Made by a program: the position numbers and the translations under genes. The notes below the pieces were generated by a model that searched no databases, was not told the DNA's origin, and worked only from the letters and a program-made list of their open reading frames with translations. A stretch of DNA of 64,000 nt from an uncultured delta proteobacterium (GTDB lineage Bacteria > Myxococcota_A > Polyangia > Palsa-1104), in contig CAWAWS010000015.1 in the NCBI GenBank assembly GCA_963785725.1, forward strand, positions 1 to 64,000, in the 5' to 3' direction. This document shows, one piece after another, positions 9,012-19,670 of this stretch (the first letter of the stretch is position 1; each line of letters opens with the position of its first letter).

Positions 9012-9701
9012 ATGAACGCTGGGCTCACCATCATTGCGGTTCTCGTAGTGAACGTTTCCTTCTTCTTCCTCGCCGGCGGGCTGTTTCATTGGTGGTTCCA
9101 GCGCCTCGACGTCAACCGCTGGCGGCATCAGCCGTCCAAGCAGCAGACGCGGGCGATGATGCTGGAGAAGCTGCCGCTCGTCTTCACCAACGCCATCATC
9201 CTCAACACGATGATGGGCCTCGGCGTCGCCTACGGCTCGCGCTACGGTCGCGCTTACTGGGGCATCGGCACGCGCGGCGTTCCCTATTTCCTCTTCAGCA
9301 CGGCCGCGCTCTTCGTCTTCTATCACGGCGCGCTCTACTACTTTCACCGCACCATGCATCGCCCGGCGCTGTTCCGCCGCTTCCATCATCTGCACCACAA
9401 ATACAAAGCGCCCATGTTCCTCGACGCGCTCTACGAGCATCCGTTCGAGGCGTTCTACGGCGGCTGCGTCGTCATCGCGCCCTTGTTCTTGTTTCCGGTG
9501 AGCTATTACGGCTTCTTCTTTTTCCTCTCGGTCATGGGCGCGCACGAGATCATCGATCACTCGGGCTTCAAGGTGAACCTGCCGCTGTTGTCGCCGTCGC
9601 TGTCGCACGACGATCATCACCGCCGCTCGAACGTCTACTACGGCCAGCTGTTGCCGCTGCTCGACGACGCGCACGGCACCGTCGTCCGCAAAGCCTCCTG
9701 A
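9012..9701 (+). CDS. Sterol desaturase / fatty acid hydroxylase family protein
   Basis: His boxes HRTMH, HHLHH, EHPFE and HDDHH with TM helices. Alternative start at 9003. Confidence 0.85.
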   Translation: MNAGLTIIAVLVVNVSFFFLAGGLFHWWFQRLDVNRWRHQPSKQQTRAMMLEKLPLVFTNAIILNTMMGLGVAYGSRYGRAYWGIGTRGVPYFLFSTAALFVFYHGALYYFHRTMHRPALFRRFHHLHHKYKAPMFLDALYEHPFEAFYGGCVVIAPLFLFPVSYYGFFFFLSVMGAHEIIDHSGFKVNLPLLSPSLSHDDHHRRSNVYYGQLLPLLDDAHGTVVRKAS

Positions 9702-9831
9702 ACCGCGTCGCCTAGCTTGCGATCCGGCGCGTAATCCAGCGTCAGCCGCTGCGGTGCCTGCTCACATACCAGAGCGTATGCTGCGCGGGCTCCTCGCGGC
9801 TTTCTTGTCTTCCGCTTGTCTCCCAACACTG

Positions 9832-10398
9832 TCAATTACGAACCAGCCAGTACCAGTGTGAGCGCGCGAGCCGCCGCCGGCTCTTGCGCGCGTCCGCGAG
9901 CGTGAACGCGGGCGCGAACACGTCTTGCACGAGCGCCGGCGAGAAGTCGAGATCGCTCGGCGAGCCGTCGAGCGCCCAAATCAGATGCGTGGCGCCCGGC
10001 CCGAGCACGCGCGCCAGCTCGGCAGCGTAACGACGCTGGCCGTCGGGCGCGAGGCAATGGAAGCAGCCGACGTCGAAGGCGACGTCGAACGGCCCGCTGA
10101 TGCCGTCGAGCCGCGTCACGTCGCTGATGACGAAGCTCGGCTGCAGCGGATCCTGCGCGGCGTTCGCGCGCGCCTTGCCGATGGCGACCGGCGAGAAGTC
10201 GACGCCGGTGACGCGCAGTCCCTGCTGCGCGGCGTAGCGCGAGAAGCGGCCGACGCCGCAGCCGAGCTCGAGCGCGCTGCGCGGCGCGCCGTCGCGAACG
10301 AGCGCCTTGACCTCGTCGGGAACGCGCACGTCGCCCCAAAACGTCAGCGGCGCGCGATAGGCGCGATCGAACTCGGCGGGGGTGGTCGGCGGCTTCAT
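9832..10398 (-). CDS. Class I SAM-dependent methyltransferase
   Basis: ALELGCGVG, VTGVDFS and FDVAFDVGCFH motifs. Confidence 0.88.
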   Translation of the reverse strand: MKPPTTPAEFDRAYRAPLTFWGDVRVPDEVKALVRDGAPRSALELGCGVGRFSRYAAQQGLRVTGVDFSPVAIGKARANAAQDPLQPSFVISDVTRLDGISGPFDVAFDVGCFHCLAPDGQRRYAAELARVLGPGATHLIWALDGSPSDLDFSPALVQDVFAPAFTLADARKSRRRLARSHWYWLVRN

Positions 10399-10417
10399 CG
10401 TGAATTCCTGATATTGA

Positions 10418-10450
10418 ATAGCATGCTATGTAATGTAAATAGCAGGCTAT
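10418..10450. promoter_or_regulatory. Tandem MarR/SlyA-type operators
   Basis: Perfect palindrome ATAGCATGCTAT (10418-10429) and ATAGCAGGCTAT (10439-10450), 21 bp apart, between divergent genes. Confidence 0.7.
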
Positions 10451-10946
10451 GAAAGTCAAGGGCAGAGCGGGCTGGGATCCGCAATCGGCGGCGACGTTCT
10501 GGATCAACCACGCGTCGCGCTTGATCTTGCGGCGGTTCGAGCAGTCCTTGCGGCCGCTCGGCTTCGGCGTCGCTTATTTGCCGGTGATCGCGCTGCTCGA
10601 TGACGACGAGCAGCTGCTGCAGAAGGATCTGGCGGAGCGGGCGCACGTGGAGCAGCCGACGATGGCGGCGCTGCTCGGGCGCATGGAGCGCGACGGGCTC
10701 ATCGAGCGGCGGGCGCATCCGAGCGACAAGCGCAAAAGCCTGCTGGCGCTGACGGCCAAAGCGCAGGAGCGCATGCCGGCGGCGCGCGATCGGCTGGCGG
10801 AGGGTGCGGACGCGGCGGTCGCCGGCTTCAGCGCGCGCGAACGGGCGACGCTGATGGCGCTCTTGAAGCGGGTGGTGCAGAACCTCGACGAGACGTTCGA
10901 TCCCGCGGCGCCTGACGAGCGCAAGCGCCGCGTGAAGCGGGATTAG
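10449..10946 (+). CDS. MarR family transcriptional regulator
   Basis: QKDLAERAHVEQPTM..LLGRMERDGLIER..HPSDKR winged helix. Confidence 0.92.
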   Translation: MKVKGRAGWDPQSAATFWINHASRLILRRFEQSLRPLGFGVAYLPVIALLDDDEQLLQKDLAERAHVEQPTMAALLGRMERDGLIERRAHPSDKRKSLLALTAKAQERMPAARDRLAEGADAAVAGFSARERATLMALLKRVVQNLDETFDPAAPDERKRRVKRD

Positions 10947-10953
10947 CCGCCGA

Positions 10954-13065
10954 TCAGCTGATGGGCGGGACGATCTTGGACGTCCACTGCGCGATGTGGT
11001 TCGACTTGTAGAAGCGCTGGAAGGGCAGGGCGAACGCGACGAAGCTGCCGTCTTGGCCGGCGGCGACCTGGTCGGGATCGATGCCGACCATCCACAAGAC
11101 GTCGGCGTCGATGTCGCCGGCGGGCTCGGACAGGACGGCCGGCGGCGCGCGCAACCCGAAGCGACGCTTGGAGGCGAACGTCAGCCACATGAGGCGCGAG
11201 CCGATCTCGTTCGAGCGGCGGAAGACGTAGGGGCTGAACTTCGGATAGGTGTTGACGATGTCGGCCGAGGCGTCGAGCGGGCCCGGCTTGTTGGCGTTGA
11301 CGAGCTCGACGAGCTGGGCGTTGGCTTCGGGCTTGGCCGCGAACAGCCGCGACGTCGTGGCGGTGTCGAACCAGCACGACGAGTCGAGGTTGCTGCCGGG
11401 CGCGCACACGGCGCGATCGAAGGCGACCAGGCTCGAGTCGGGCGCGATCGTCGGATAATAGTAGCTCGTGTGATTGTCGGGCGGCGTGGCGACGGCGACG
11501 GGCGTGCCCCACGTGCCGCCGGAATTGGGCACGACGTAGAGCGTGCCGTTCCAGGCCTGCTGCAGCGTGGCGGCGGCGTTGGTCGGCTGCACGCCGACGG
11601 TGTCGTAGGCGATGAGATCGCCGAGCAGCGACCAGTCGGGATGGTCGGTGGGCAAGTTGTTGATGCTGGTGTTGGGCACGTCGGCGACGAACTTGCCGGT
11701 GGTGCCGTTGTAGATGCGCAAGTTGAGGTCGCAGGTGCCGCCGTTCGTGGTGCAGCTGGCGCCGCCGGCGGTGGCATCTTGGCCGGGATCGGTCGAGAAG
11801 TTGTTGACGCCGACATACTGCGTGCCGTCGGGGTTCCACGACTCGAAGAGGCTGCGATCGGCCATGCCGAAGGGCACGTTGGCCGTCTGCTTGGCGACGT
11901 TCCACAAGAGCGTGCGCGCGTCGTATTGGCCGCCGGCTTCGGCGACGAGCGACGTGCCGTCGTGCGACAGCGCGTGGCAGCCGAGGCAGGTGCCGGTGCC
12001 GACCGAGCCGGGCGTCGACGGCGTCAAGAACGTCGTGCCGGCGCTGTTGGTGCCGGCGAAGTCGAAGCGGACGATGGCGGTGCCGTTCGAGTCTTGGCCG
12101 CCGTTGTCGGCGCAGCCCGGTCCGACGCGGCCGACGGGCGGGTTGTTGTCGACGCAGGGCTTGTCGTCGCCGATCTCCCAATAGTAGATGGCGCCCTGAA
12201 TGTCGTCGAAGGAGAAGCTGACGTGGGTGCTGTTGGAGCTGCCGACGGCGTTGCCCGAGTCGTCGGTGCCGCGGACGGCGACGGTGACCGGATCGCCGCC
12301 GCGGTTGGTCTGTGACAGCCAGCGCCACAGCGTCGCGTCGGTGGTGTAGACGCAGCCGTACGAGACGGTGAGCGCGGCCGGCGTCGACGCGGCGTCGGTG
12401 TACGCCGGCGGCGCCGGGCAGCGCAGGTAGACTTTGACGTCGGTGACGCTGTTCTCGAAGCTGAGCTCGAAGAGCGTGTCGGGCGGCGCGACGGTGCCGT
12501 CGCCGCCGGCGGTGAAGTGGAACTCGAGCTGCCCCAAGTTCGGCGGCACGAGCACGTTGTCGTCGGGATAGACGAGGCGCGGGACGTTCAGATCGGTCGT
12601 CGACGGCGGGCCGTTGAAGACGGTGCCGGGATTGCTCGGCAAGCCCATCGAGCCGGGGTCGCTGTAGCGCTCTTGCAAGACGATGATGAGATCGCCCGTG
12701 CCCATGATGCTGCCGGCGGTGGCGACGGCGGCGGTGTGGCCGCCGTGATCGGTCGTCGACGTGAACAGCGTGCCGGTGAAGCTGCCGAGCGACGTATCGC
12801 CGACGGTCCAGCTGACCTTGGCGGTGATGTCGGCCGTGTGCCCGTCGGAGAATTTGCCTTGGGCCGTGTACGCCTGCGTCGCGGCGACGGCGCCGACGAT
12901 GGTGAGCGTGGCCGACGCCGGGTTGACGGTGATGGACACGAGGCCTTCGATGCCGGGCGCGGTGCCGGGGCCGTGGCTGGCGCCGTGATGGCAGCCGGCG
13001 ACGAGGGCGAGCGTAAAGCCGAATGCGAGCGATGTTTTAGGCGCGGACAAGCCAAGCGAGCGCAT
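10954..13065 (-). CDS. Large lipoprotein: Ig-like (Big_2) domain plus TolB/PD40-like beta-propeller
   Basis: Lipobox LVAGC, SITVNPASATL Ig pattern, SWNPDG/PDWS/PTIAPD/PKFSP repeats, and one CLGCH. Confidence 0.7.
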   Translation of the reverse strand: MRSLGLSAPKTSLAFGFTLALVAGCHHGASHGPGTAPGIEGLVSITVNPASATLTIVGAVAATQAYTAQGKFSDGHTADITAKVSWTVGDTSLGSFTGTLFTSTTDHGGHTAAVATAGSIMGTGDLIIVLQERYSDPGSMGLPSNPGTVFNGPPSTTDLNVPRLVYPDDNVLVPPNLGQLEFHFTAGGDGTVAPPDTLFELSFENSVTDVKVYLRCPAPPAYTDAASTPAALTVSYGCVYTTDATLWRWLSQTNRGGDPVTVAVRGTDDSGNAVGSSNSTHVSFSFDDIQGAIYYWEIGDDKPCVDNNPPVGRVGPGCADNGGQDSNGTAIVRFDFAGTNSAGTTFLTPSTPGSVGTGTCLGCHALSHDGTSLVAEAGGQYDARTLLWNVAKQTANVPFGMADRSLFESWNPDGTQYVGVNNFSTDPGQDATAGGASCTTNGGTCDLNLRIYNGTTGKFVADVPNTSINNLPTDHPDWSLLGDLIAYDTVGVQPTNAAATLQQAWNGTLYVVPNSGGTWGTPVAVATPPDNHTSYYYPTIAPDSSLVAFDRAVCAPGSNLDSSCWFDTATTSRLFAAKPEANAQLVELVNANKPGPLDASADIVNTYPKFSPYVFRRSNEIGSRLMWLTFASKRRFGLRAPPAVLSEPAGDIDADVLWMVGIDPDQVAAGQDGSFVAFALPFQRFYKSNHIAQWTSKIVPPIS

Positions 13066-13241
13066 GCAATACCTCCAGCGTGGTCAGGATATCACGCTCC
13101 CGAGGCTGAGCGAGCGCCGACACGCCATCGCTGGGGCGCGATGGAGGTGAACGTAGGCGGCGTTTGCCGCGCGGCGCGCCGCTGGTGACGGCGCGCCGGC
13201 GCCGATTGGACGGCCGGCGCGACATCGTCTACCGTCGCTGC

Positions 13242-14075
13242 ATGTCCAGCGCCGACGCCGCCGCACGCTTCTCCGCCATGCACGCTTCCGGCTGCTTCGT
13301 GCTGCCCAATCCATGGGACGTGGGCAGCGCCCTCTTCCTGCAGTCGCTCGGCTTCCGCGCCTTGGCGACGACGTCGGGCGGCTTCGCCTTCAGCCGCGGC
13401 CTGCCCGACGGCGAATGGGCCGTCGGCCGCGACGCCGTGCTGGCCCACGTGCGCGACATCGCCGCCGCGACCACGGTGCCCGTCAACGCCGACTTCGAGT
13501 CCGGCTACGCGCACGAGCCCGAAGGCGTCGGCGAGAACGTCGCGCTCTGCGTCGCCGCCGGCGCCGCCGGGCTGTCGATCGAAGACGCCACCGGCAACCG
13601 CGAGCAGCCGCTCTATCCGCTCGACCGCGCCGTCGCCCGCATCGCCGCCGCCCGCGCCGCCATCGACCAGAGCGGCATCCCCGTCGTCTTGACGGCGCGC
13701 TGCGAGGTCTACTTGATCGGCCGGCCCGACGCCGCGCGCATCGCCCGCGAGCGGCTCGTCGCCTACGCCGCGGCCGGCGCCGACTGCCTGTTCGCGCCGG
13801 GCATTCGCGACGCCGGCGAGATCGGCGAGCTCGTGCGCGCGGTGGCGCCGAAGCCGGTCAACGTGTTGGTCTCGGCGCCCTCGGCGGGCGTGTCGGTGGC
13901 GCGCCTGGCCGAGCTCGGCGTGCGCCGCGTGTCGGTGGGCTCGGCGTTGGCGCGCGCGGCGTGGGGCGGTTTTGCGCGCGCGGCGCGCGAGCTGGCCACG
14001 GCGGGCACGTTCGGCGGCTTGGGTGACGCGCTGCCGTTCGCCGAGCTGAACGCGCTCTTCGCCGGCCGCCGCTAA
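13242..14075 (+). CDS. Isocitrate lyase / PEP mutase family protein
   Basis: LPNPWDVGSA, ALATTSGG, PVNADFESGY, AGLSIED and AGADCLFAPG motifs. Confidence 0.9.
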   Translation: MSSADAAARFSAMHASGCFVLPNPWDVGSALFLQSLGFRALATTSGGFAFSRGLPDGEWAVGRDAVLAHVRDIAAATTVPVNADFESGYAHEPEGVGENVALCVAAGAAGLSIEDATGNREQPLYPLDRAVARIAAARAAIDQSGIPVVLTARCEVYLIGRPDAARIARERLVAYAAAGADCLFAPGIRDAGEIGELVRAVAPKPVNVLVSAPSAGVSVARLAELGVRRVSVGSALARAAWGGFARAARELATAGTFGGLGDALPFAELNALFAGRR

Positions 14076-14097
14076 ATTAGATTTCGCGGCCGCGGCC

Positions 14098-14457
14098 TTG
14101 CCGAATCGTGCCCGCGTGCCCATCCTCGTCAGCATCGTGAGCGCTCGCTCGTTGCAACTGTCGGTGACGCTGCTCGTCTGGACCTTCGTGGTCGCCGCGC
14201 TCGCCTTGCCGGCACTGTCCGTCCCGCCGTCGGCGCGCGGCCCGCTGCGCCCGCACGAGCAGGTGCTGGCGGTGCGCGAGGCCCAGATCGCGCCGGCGAC
14301 GATCGCGCCCGCGCTCGACGCCACGCCGACGCTCGCGTCGCTCACGCCGCTGGTGCTGCCCGTGCAGCGCGACGTCAAACTGTTCGCGCTTCCGCTCGTC
14401 CTCCCGCCGCTCTCGCGTACGCCCGTCTATCTCCAAAAGCTCGTGCTCTTGCTATGA
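14098..14457 (+). CDS. Small hypothetical protein with N-terminal hydrophobic segment
   Basis: ORF with a TM-like stretch and Pro-rich tail ending PVYLQKLVLLL. Start codon uncertain. Confidence 0.45.
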   Translation: MPNRARVPILVSIVSARSLQLSVTLLVWTFVVAALALPALSVPPSARGPLRPHEQVLAVREAQIAPATIAPALDATPTLASLTPLVLPVQRDVKLFALPLVLPPLSRTPVYLQKLVLLL

Positions 14458-14519
14458 GCGTTCGCGCTTCCGTCGCGTAAACACGAACGCTCTCGACAGC
14501 TCGAACGAAGGAGAGACCG

Positions 14520-14936
14520 ATGCGAACACTGTGCGTGTTGCTGACTGCTACCGTTTTGTCTTTGGGTGCCGGGGCGAATGCCGAGGAGCAGGCGCCGATT
14601 CAGCTGCGGCTCGTGACCGACGCCGGCGGCGCCGAGCTGCCGACGCGCGACGGCGGCAAGGTGCGGCTCGGTCCGCCGCTCTTGCCGGCGCCGCTCGAGG
14701 TCACGTCGGTGGCCAGCGCCGGCGCGGAAGTGCGCGTCACGCTCGGGCCGACGTCGGCGCGCGCGGTCGCGGAGCTCACGCGGCGCGTGGTCGGGCAGAA
14801 GCTGGCGATCGTCGTGGCGGGGGTCGTGCAGAGCGTGCCGCTCGTCCGCTCGCCGATTGTCGACGGCAAGCTGGCGATCACGCTGCATTCGCCGAACGAG
14901 GCCGCCGCGCTCGCGCACACGCTCGAACGCCAGTAG
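14520..14936 (+). CDS. Secreted stand-alone SecDF P1-head-like domain protein
   Basis: Signal peptide. AELTRRVVGQKLAIVVAGVVQSVPLVRSPIVDGKLAIT resembles the SecD P1 head. AAGGAG RBS. Confidence 0.7.
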   Translation: MRTLCVLLTATVLSLGAGANAEEQAPIQLRLVTDAGGAELPTRDGGKVRLGPPLLPAPLEVTSVASAGAEVRVTLGPTSARAVAELTRRVVGQKLAIVVAGVVQSVPLVRSPIVDGKLAITLHSPNEAAALAHTLERQ

Positions 14937-14948
14937 CCGAACCAGCCG

Positions 14949-14981
14949 AGCCGGCGGCGCAGGCGAGGCCGCCGGCTTTTT
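14949..14981 (+). terminator. Rho-independent terminator
   Basis: Stem AGCCGGCGGC/GCCGCCGGCT followed by a T run. Confidence 0.8.
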
Positions 14982-15026
14982 CACGCGCGCGCGACACGAC
15001 CGTGACGACGGCTTCCGCCGGCGTCC

Positions 15027-15055
15027 TTGACAGCCGCGCCGCGAATTCATACTGT
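15027..15055 (+). promoter_or_regulatory. Sigma70-type promoter TTGACA-N17-TACTGT
   Basis: Perfect -35, 17-nt spacer, TAnnnT -10. Confidence 0.65.
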
Positions 15056-15064
15056 CGCCCTGGT

Positions 15065-15083
15065 GAAATTGATTTTCAATTTC
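15065..15083. promoter_or_regulatory. Fur/PerR-like operator GAAATTGATTTTCAATTTC
   Basis: 19-bp AT-rich 8-3-8 inverted repeat just downstream of the -10 element in a GC-rich context. Confidence 0.65.
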
Positions 15084-15263
15084 GCGTGACGACAGCGCTC
15101 TTTACCGGACGAAGCGCGCGGCGCCGGCGTCTTTGGGCCACGACGCCAGGCTGCGCGCCGTGCTTCGCAGTGCTTCGGCGAGCGATTGGTCGTACGCTTC
15201 GGCGACGCTCGGCCATCGCGACGCGCTCGGTCGCAGGCGGCGCCCTGTCGTCTTGGGAGATTC

Positions 15264-15853
15264 ATGAACCGGGGAACTTGGCTCTTCGTCGCTGTCGTCT
15301 CACCCGCGTGGCTGTTCGGCGCCGGCTGCAAGCACTACGACCTCGACAATCCCAAGGATCGCATCGCCGTCGGCAAGCGCTACGTCGCCGATCGCAAGTG
15401 CGGCAGCTGTCATCAGTCGTCCACGAAGTCCGACGGCATCTTGTCGGGCCAGTCGACGCCGCAGTCCGGGCACGATGGCCTATGGCGACAACTTGACGCC
15501 CGACGTGGCGACCGGCCTCGGCGCCTGGGCCGACATCGAGATCGTGCGCGCCATGCGTAACGGCGTCGACCACGCCAACATGGTCTTGTGCCCGACCATG
15601 CCGCGCTACGACGGCTCCGACGGCACGGTGCCGGCGATGACCGATCTCGAGGCCGACCTCATCGTCGACTATCTGCGCAGCTTGCCGGCGGTGTCGCGCA
15701 CGATTCCCGTGTCGGTGTGCCCGCCCATCGAGCCGCCGGTGCCGCCCGATTCTGCTGCTGCCCGACGTGCCCGTCGATGCCAGCGTCCTCGACGCCGGCG
15801 TCGGCGATCTCGCCATCACCGACCTCGCCAACAGCGGGCCCGGCGTTGACTGA
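15264..15853 (+). CDS. Cytochrome c lipoprotein (two apparent frameshifts, ~15475 and ~15750)
   Basis: Lipobox GAGC and CGSCH, then NLTPD.ATGLGAW...MPRY...YLRSLPAV in the next frame. Confidence 0.75.
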
Positions 15854-17281
15854 TCGCGTCGTCGTGCTCGGCGGCGGCGCCTGCGGCATGACCGCCGCGT
15901 ACACGCTGGCGCGCGCCGGCGTCGACGTCACCGTGCTCGAGCGCGAGACGCGCGTCGGCGGCCTGTGCGGCACGCACGAGCGGCGCGGCTTCCGCTTCGA
16001 CCTCGGCGGCCACCGCTTCATCTCGCGCAGCCGCGCCCTCGACACGCTCGTGCGCGAGCTCTTGCAAGACTCGCTCTTGACGCGCACGCGCTCGAGCGCC
16101 GTTCTGCACGGCGCCGAGCGCTATCGTTATCCGCTCGAGCTCGACGACGTGCTCGCCAAAGTGCCGCTCCGTCGCGGCGCCCGCCTGATCGGCAGCTACC
16201 TCAAGAGCCAATTCGATCGCCTCGCCCATCCGCGACCCGACGTCAGCTTCGAGGACTGGGTCACGCGTCGCTTCGGCGCCGAGCTCTACGGCGACTTCTT
16301 CGGCCCTTACACCGAGAAGCTGTGGGGAATTCCGCCGACGCAGATCTCCGCTGATTGGGCGTCGCAGCGCATCTCGCTGCTGTCGCTGTCGGACGTCATG
16401 CTGCGCCTCTGCGGCCTGCGTCGCGGCGGCGCCCGCACCTACGCGCGGCGCTATCTGTACCCGAAGCTCGGCATCGGCGAGATCTTCGAGCGCATGGGCA
16501 GCCGCTTCATCGGCGACGGCGGCCGGCTCGAGCTCGGCGCGCGCGTCACCGGGGTCGAGCAGCGCGACGGCCGGCGTCACCGCGGTGCGCTACGAGCAGC
16601 GCGGCCGCGAGCACGCCGTCGCCTGCGACGCCGTCGATCTCGACGGTGGCGCTGCCGCTCTTGGCGCGCATGGTCGGCGGCGACGCGCTGCCGAGCGAGG
16701 TTTCGCGCGCTGCCAGTCGGCTGCAGTTTCGCGCCATTCGGCTGCTCAATATCTTGCTCGATCTGCCCGAGGTCTCGCCGCACACGTGGATGTACGTCTC
16801 GGAGCCGCGCTATCTGATGGCGCGCATTCAGGAGCCGCGGCAGCGCAGCCCCTTCGTCGCCCCCGTCGGGCAGACGTCGCTGATGCTGGAGATTCCGTGC
16901 GCCATCGGGGACGCGACGTGGAGCGCGCCCGACGCGGCGATTTACGCGCGCTGCATCGCCGATCTGAAGCAGCTCGGCTTCCCGCACATCGAAGCGGCGA
17001 CGATCGAATACTTCTCGACCTACGTCGAAGAGGGCTATCCGATCTATCACCTCGACTATCGGCGCGACCGCGATCGCGTGCTCGGCTTCGTCGGCGACCG
17101 CGCCAACGTCATCAGCTGCGGCCGCCAAGGCGCCTTTCGCTACATCTTCATGGACACGGCGATGGAGATGGGAATCGCCGCCGCGCAGGCGCTCTCGGCG
17201 CGCTTGCCGGGACGCACGCGCGCCATCGCCGACTTGGGCGCCGAGAGCGGCCTCGTCGAAGCGCGGGCGCTGACGGCATGA
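15846..17281 (+). CDS. FAD-dependent oxidoreductase, protoporphyrinogen oxidase / UDP-galactopyranose mutase-like (frameshifts ~16570-16640)
   Basis: VVVLGGGACG, VLER...GG, DLGGHRF, YTEKLWG, YPIY and GRQGAFRY..MD. TTG start overlaps the upstream stop. Confidence 0.8.
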
Positions 17282-17304
17282 GCGGCGGAGTGAAGGAGAG
17301 CGGC

Positions 17305-19648
17305 ATGCGTACCTGGATTCTCGCCGGACCGATCGTGGCCTTGGGCGTCGCCGCCGGCTCGTGCACGCCGCCGTTGCCCAAAGGCAAGCCGACGCCGACG
17401 ACCTACTTCACCTCGAAGACGACCGATAACCACTTCTATGTCGCCAATCACTTCTTGGCGTCGATGGAGATGCAGATCTCGGGCGAGCCCTTCGCGCAGC
17501 TGCTCGGCCGCAACCTCGCCGGCTACAACCGCTACAGCACGATCCCCGATTTGTACTTCGATCCGAACACCGGCATCGTCAGCGTCGATCCGCTCAGCTA
17601 TTCGATGGCCGTCGAGTCCTACGAATATTCCAAGCAGCCGATGAACAACACGTCGTTCGAGTCGGGCGCCGGGCTGTCGCTCGAATACGGCCCGGTCTTG
17701 AATCCGACGGGCGTGACCGGCGACGCCGCCTTCGCGCTCCTGACTCGATCGCCTGCAGACGCTGGCGCTCGAGAGCGGCGCGGGCACCGGCCTCGGCAAC
17801 TGGGTGCTGACGCCGGCGCCGACCGACAACCCGCTCAACACCTACGGGTGGCCGGGCTTTTGGCCCATCTTCGCCGAGTTCCAGTCGTTCGACACCAACA
17901 TCAACCCGACGAGCGGCTCGATGCGCGCCTGCTCCATCGTCGGCGGCTACGCGGCGGCGACGCTCGGCTCGCAGGTCGTCGGCGACTACGAGTGTGGCTA
18001 CAACTCGCTCAACTTACCGCTGCGCGACATCCAGGTCGTCAAGGTGCTCGATCCGGCGGCGCTCGGCTTTGCCATGTGGAAGCAGGGCTTGTGGGTCATC
18101 AATTACTGGCAGTCGCTGCATGACGTCGCCGGCAACCCGATCTCGCAGATCGCGGCCGCCGACCTGCCGATGGTCGGGCAGCCGAACAACACCGTCGTCG
18201 GCCAATATCCCGATCCGACCGATCCGACGGGCACGCGGCTCATCGACGGCGCGCCCGGCGTCTACTTCGGCGACATTCCGATCGAGGGCTGGCAGGGCCT
18301 CAACATGCTCGAGGAGATGCACAACAAGGCGACGCTGCTCTTGACGAAGCTGACGACGAGCGACGGCGCGACCTTGTGCGGCTTTGCATCGACGGCGGCG
18401 GCGATGGCGTACGACTACACGTCGCCGTTGCGCTGGGTGCCGTCGGAGGTGGCGGTCACGGAGACGGGCGGCACGGCGCCGGTGCCGGGCTACTCGTGGC
18501 GCGACTTTCCGCAGCCGGCGACGTTCACGGTGCAGACGCCGCAGTCGAGCCTGCACGGTCTGACGGCGCTGCTGGGCGGCTTCGCCGAGATGTTCGCGCT
18601 CACCGACTTCAACAACGCCGACGTCGGCGGACAGCCCTCGAGCTTGGCGACCTTCGACGGCGATCCGTTCCCGGCCGACAATCAGCTGCCCGACGGCGAA
18701 GACACGCCGCACGATCGCGCGCTGGCGAACATCAAGGTGGCGGTCGTCAACATGGATCGGCTGCACTTCGAGCCGACGCACGCCGTGCTCGTCGACACGG
18801 CGACGCCGCAAGCGCGCGGCACCACCGTGACGACGCTGACGACGGCCTATTCGATCGTCGCCTTGCGCGCGGCCTTGCGCTCGATCTCGTCGACGCTGGT
18901 GCTGTATTCGAACGACACGCCCGATGCCGTCGGCATCCCGACCGCGCTCGACGGCGCGCCGCTCGCTGGCGCGCCGGCGCCGCTGCCCGCGCGCATGCTG
19001 CAGCTCATCCGCGCGCAGGCCGACTTCTTGGCCGGCACGCTCGTCGGCGCTTCCGGCGCCGTCGCCAATTCCTACGACCTCGGCAGCGACAAGCCCGACG
19101 GCGCGCCGACGGCGATCGAGTCGGAGACGAGCGCCATTCGCGGCCTCCTCGAAGCGTACTTGGCGACGAGCGATACGAAGTACATCATGGCCGCCGAGAA
19201 AGTGTACGCCGACCTGGACGCGCGCTTCTGGATGAGCGACGTGCGCGCCTATCGCACGACCGCCGGCGTCGACGACACGCTCATCGAGACGCCGATCGCC
19301 TTCGGCACGCTGCAGGGCGCGCTGCGGCAATACTGGAAGCTCGTCGCCAATCAGCCCGGCAACGAGCAGCTCAACGCGGAGATTCTGCAGCGCGTGCAGC
19401 GCGTCAACAAGCTCGTCGCCAACGGCTGGGACGATGCCAACGGCGACAACAAAGTGCAGTATCCGCAAGAGTGCACCGGCGCCGGCCTGCAAATGGGCGA
19501 GCGCACGCTGACGGGTGAGCTCTCGCATCCCGAAGACGCCGGTGATCGCGATCACGACTGTGTGATGGAGATTTCAGTCGTCAAGCTGCCGGCCGCGCTC
19601 GCCGGCACCGTCGAGTTCGATCGAGTTGACCCGACGACGGCGCAATGA
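17305..19648 (+). CDS. Large Trp-rich hypothetical lipoprotein with (alpha/alpha)6-like C-terminus (frameshift ~17745)
   Basis: AAGGAG RBS, AAGSC lipobox. IRGLLEAYLATSDTKY..AAEKVY...RFW helical-hairpin pattern. Confidence 0.7.
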
Positions 19649-19670
19649 CATGACAAGGAAGTCGAAAACC

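Noticed and set aside
15846..17281. Calling this gene hemY or glf
   Set aside because: Only family-level FAD motifs are visible, with no heme or cell-wall synthesis context.
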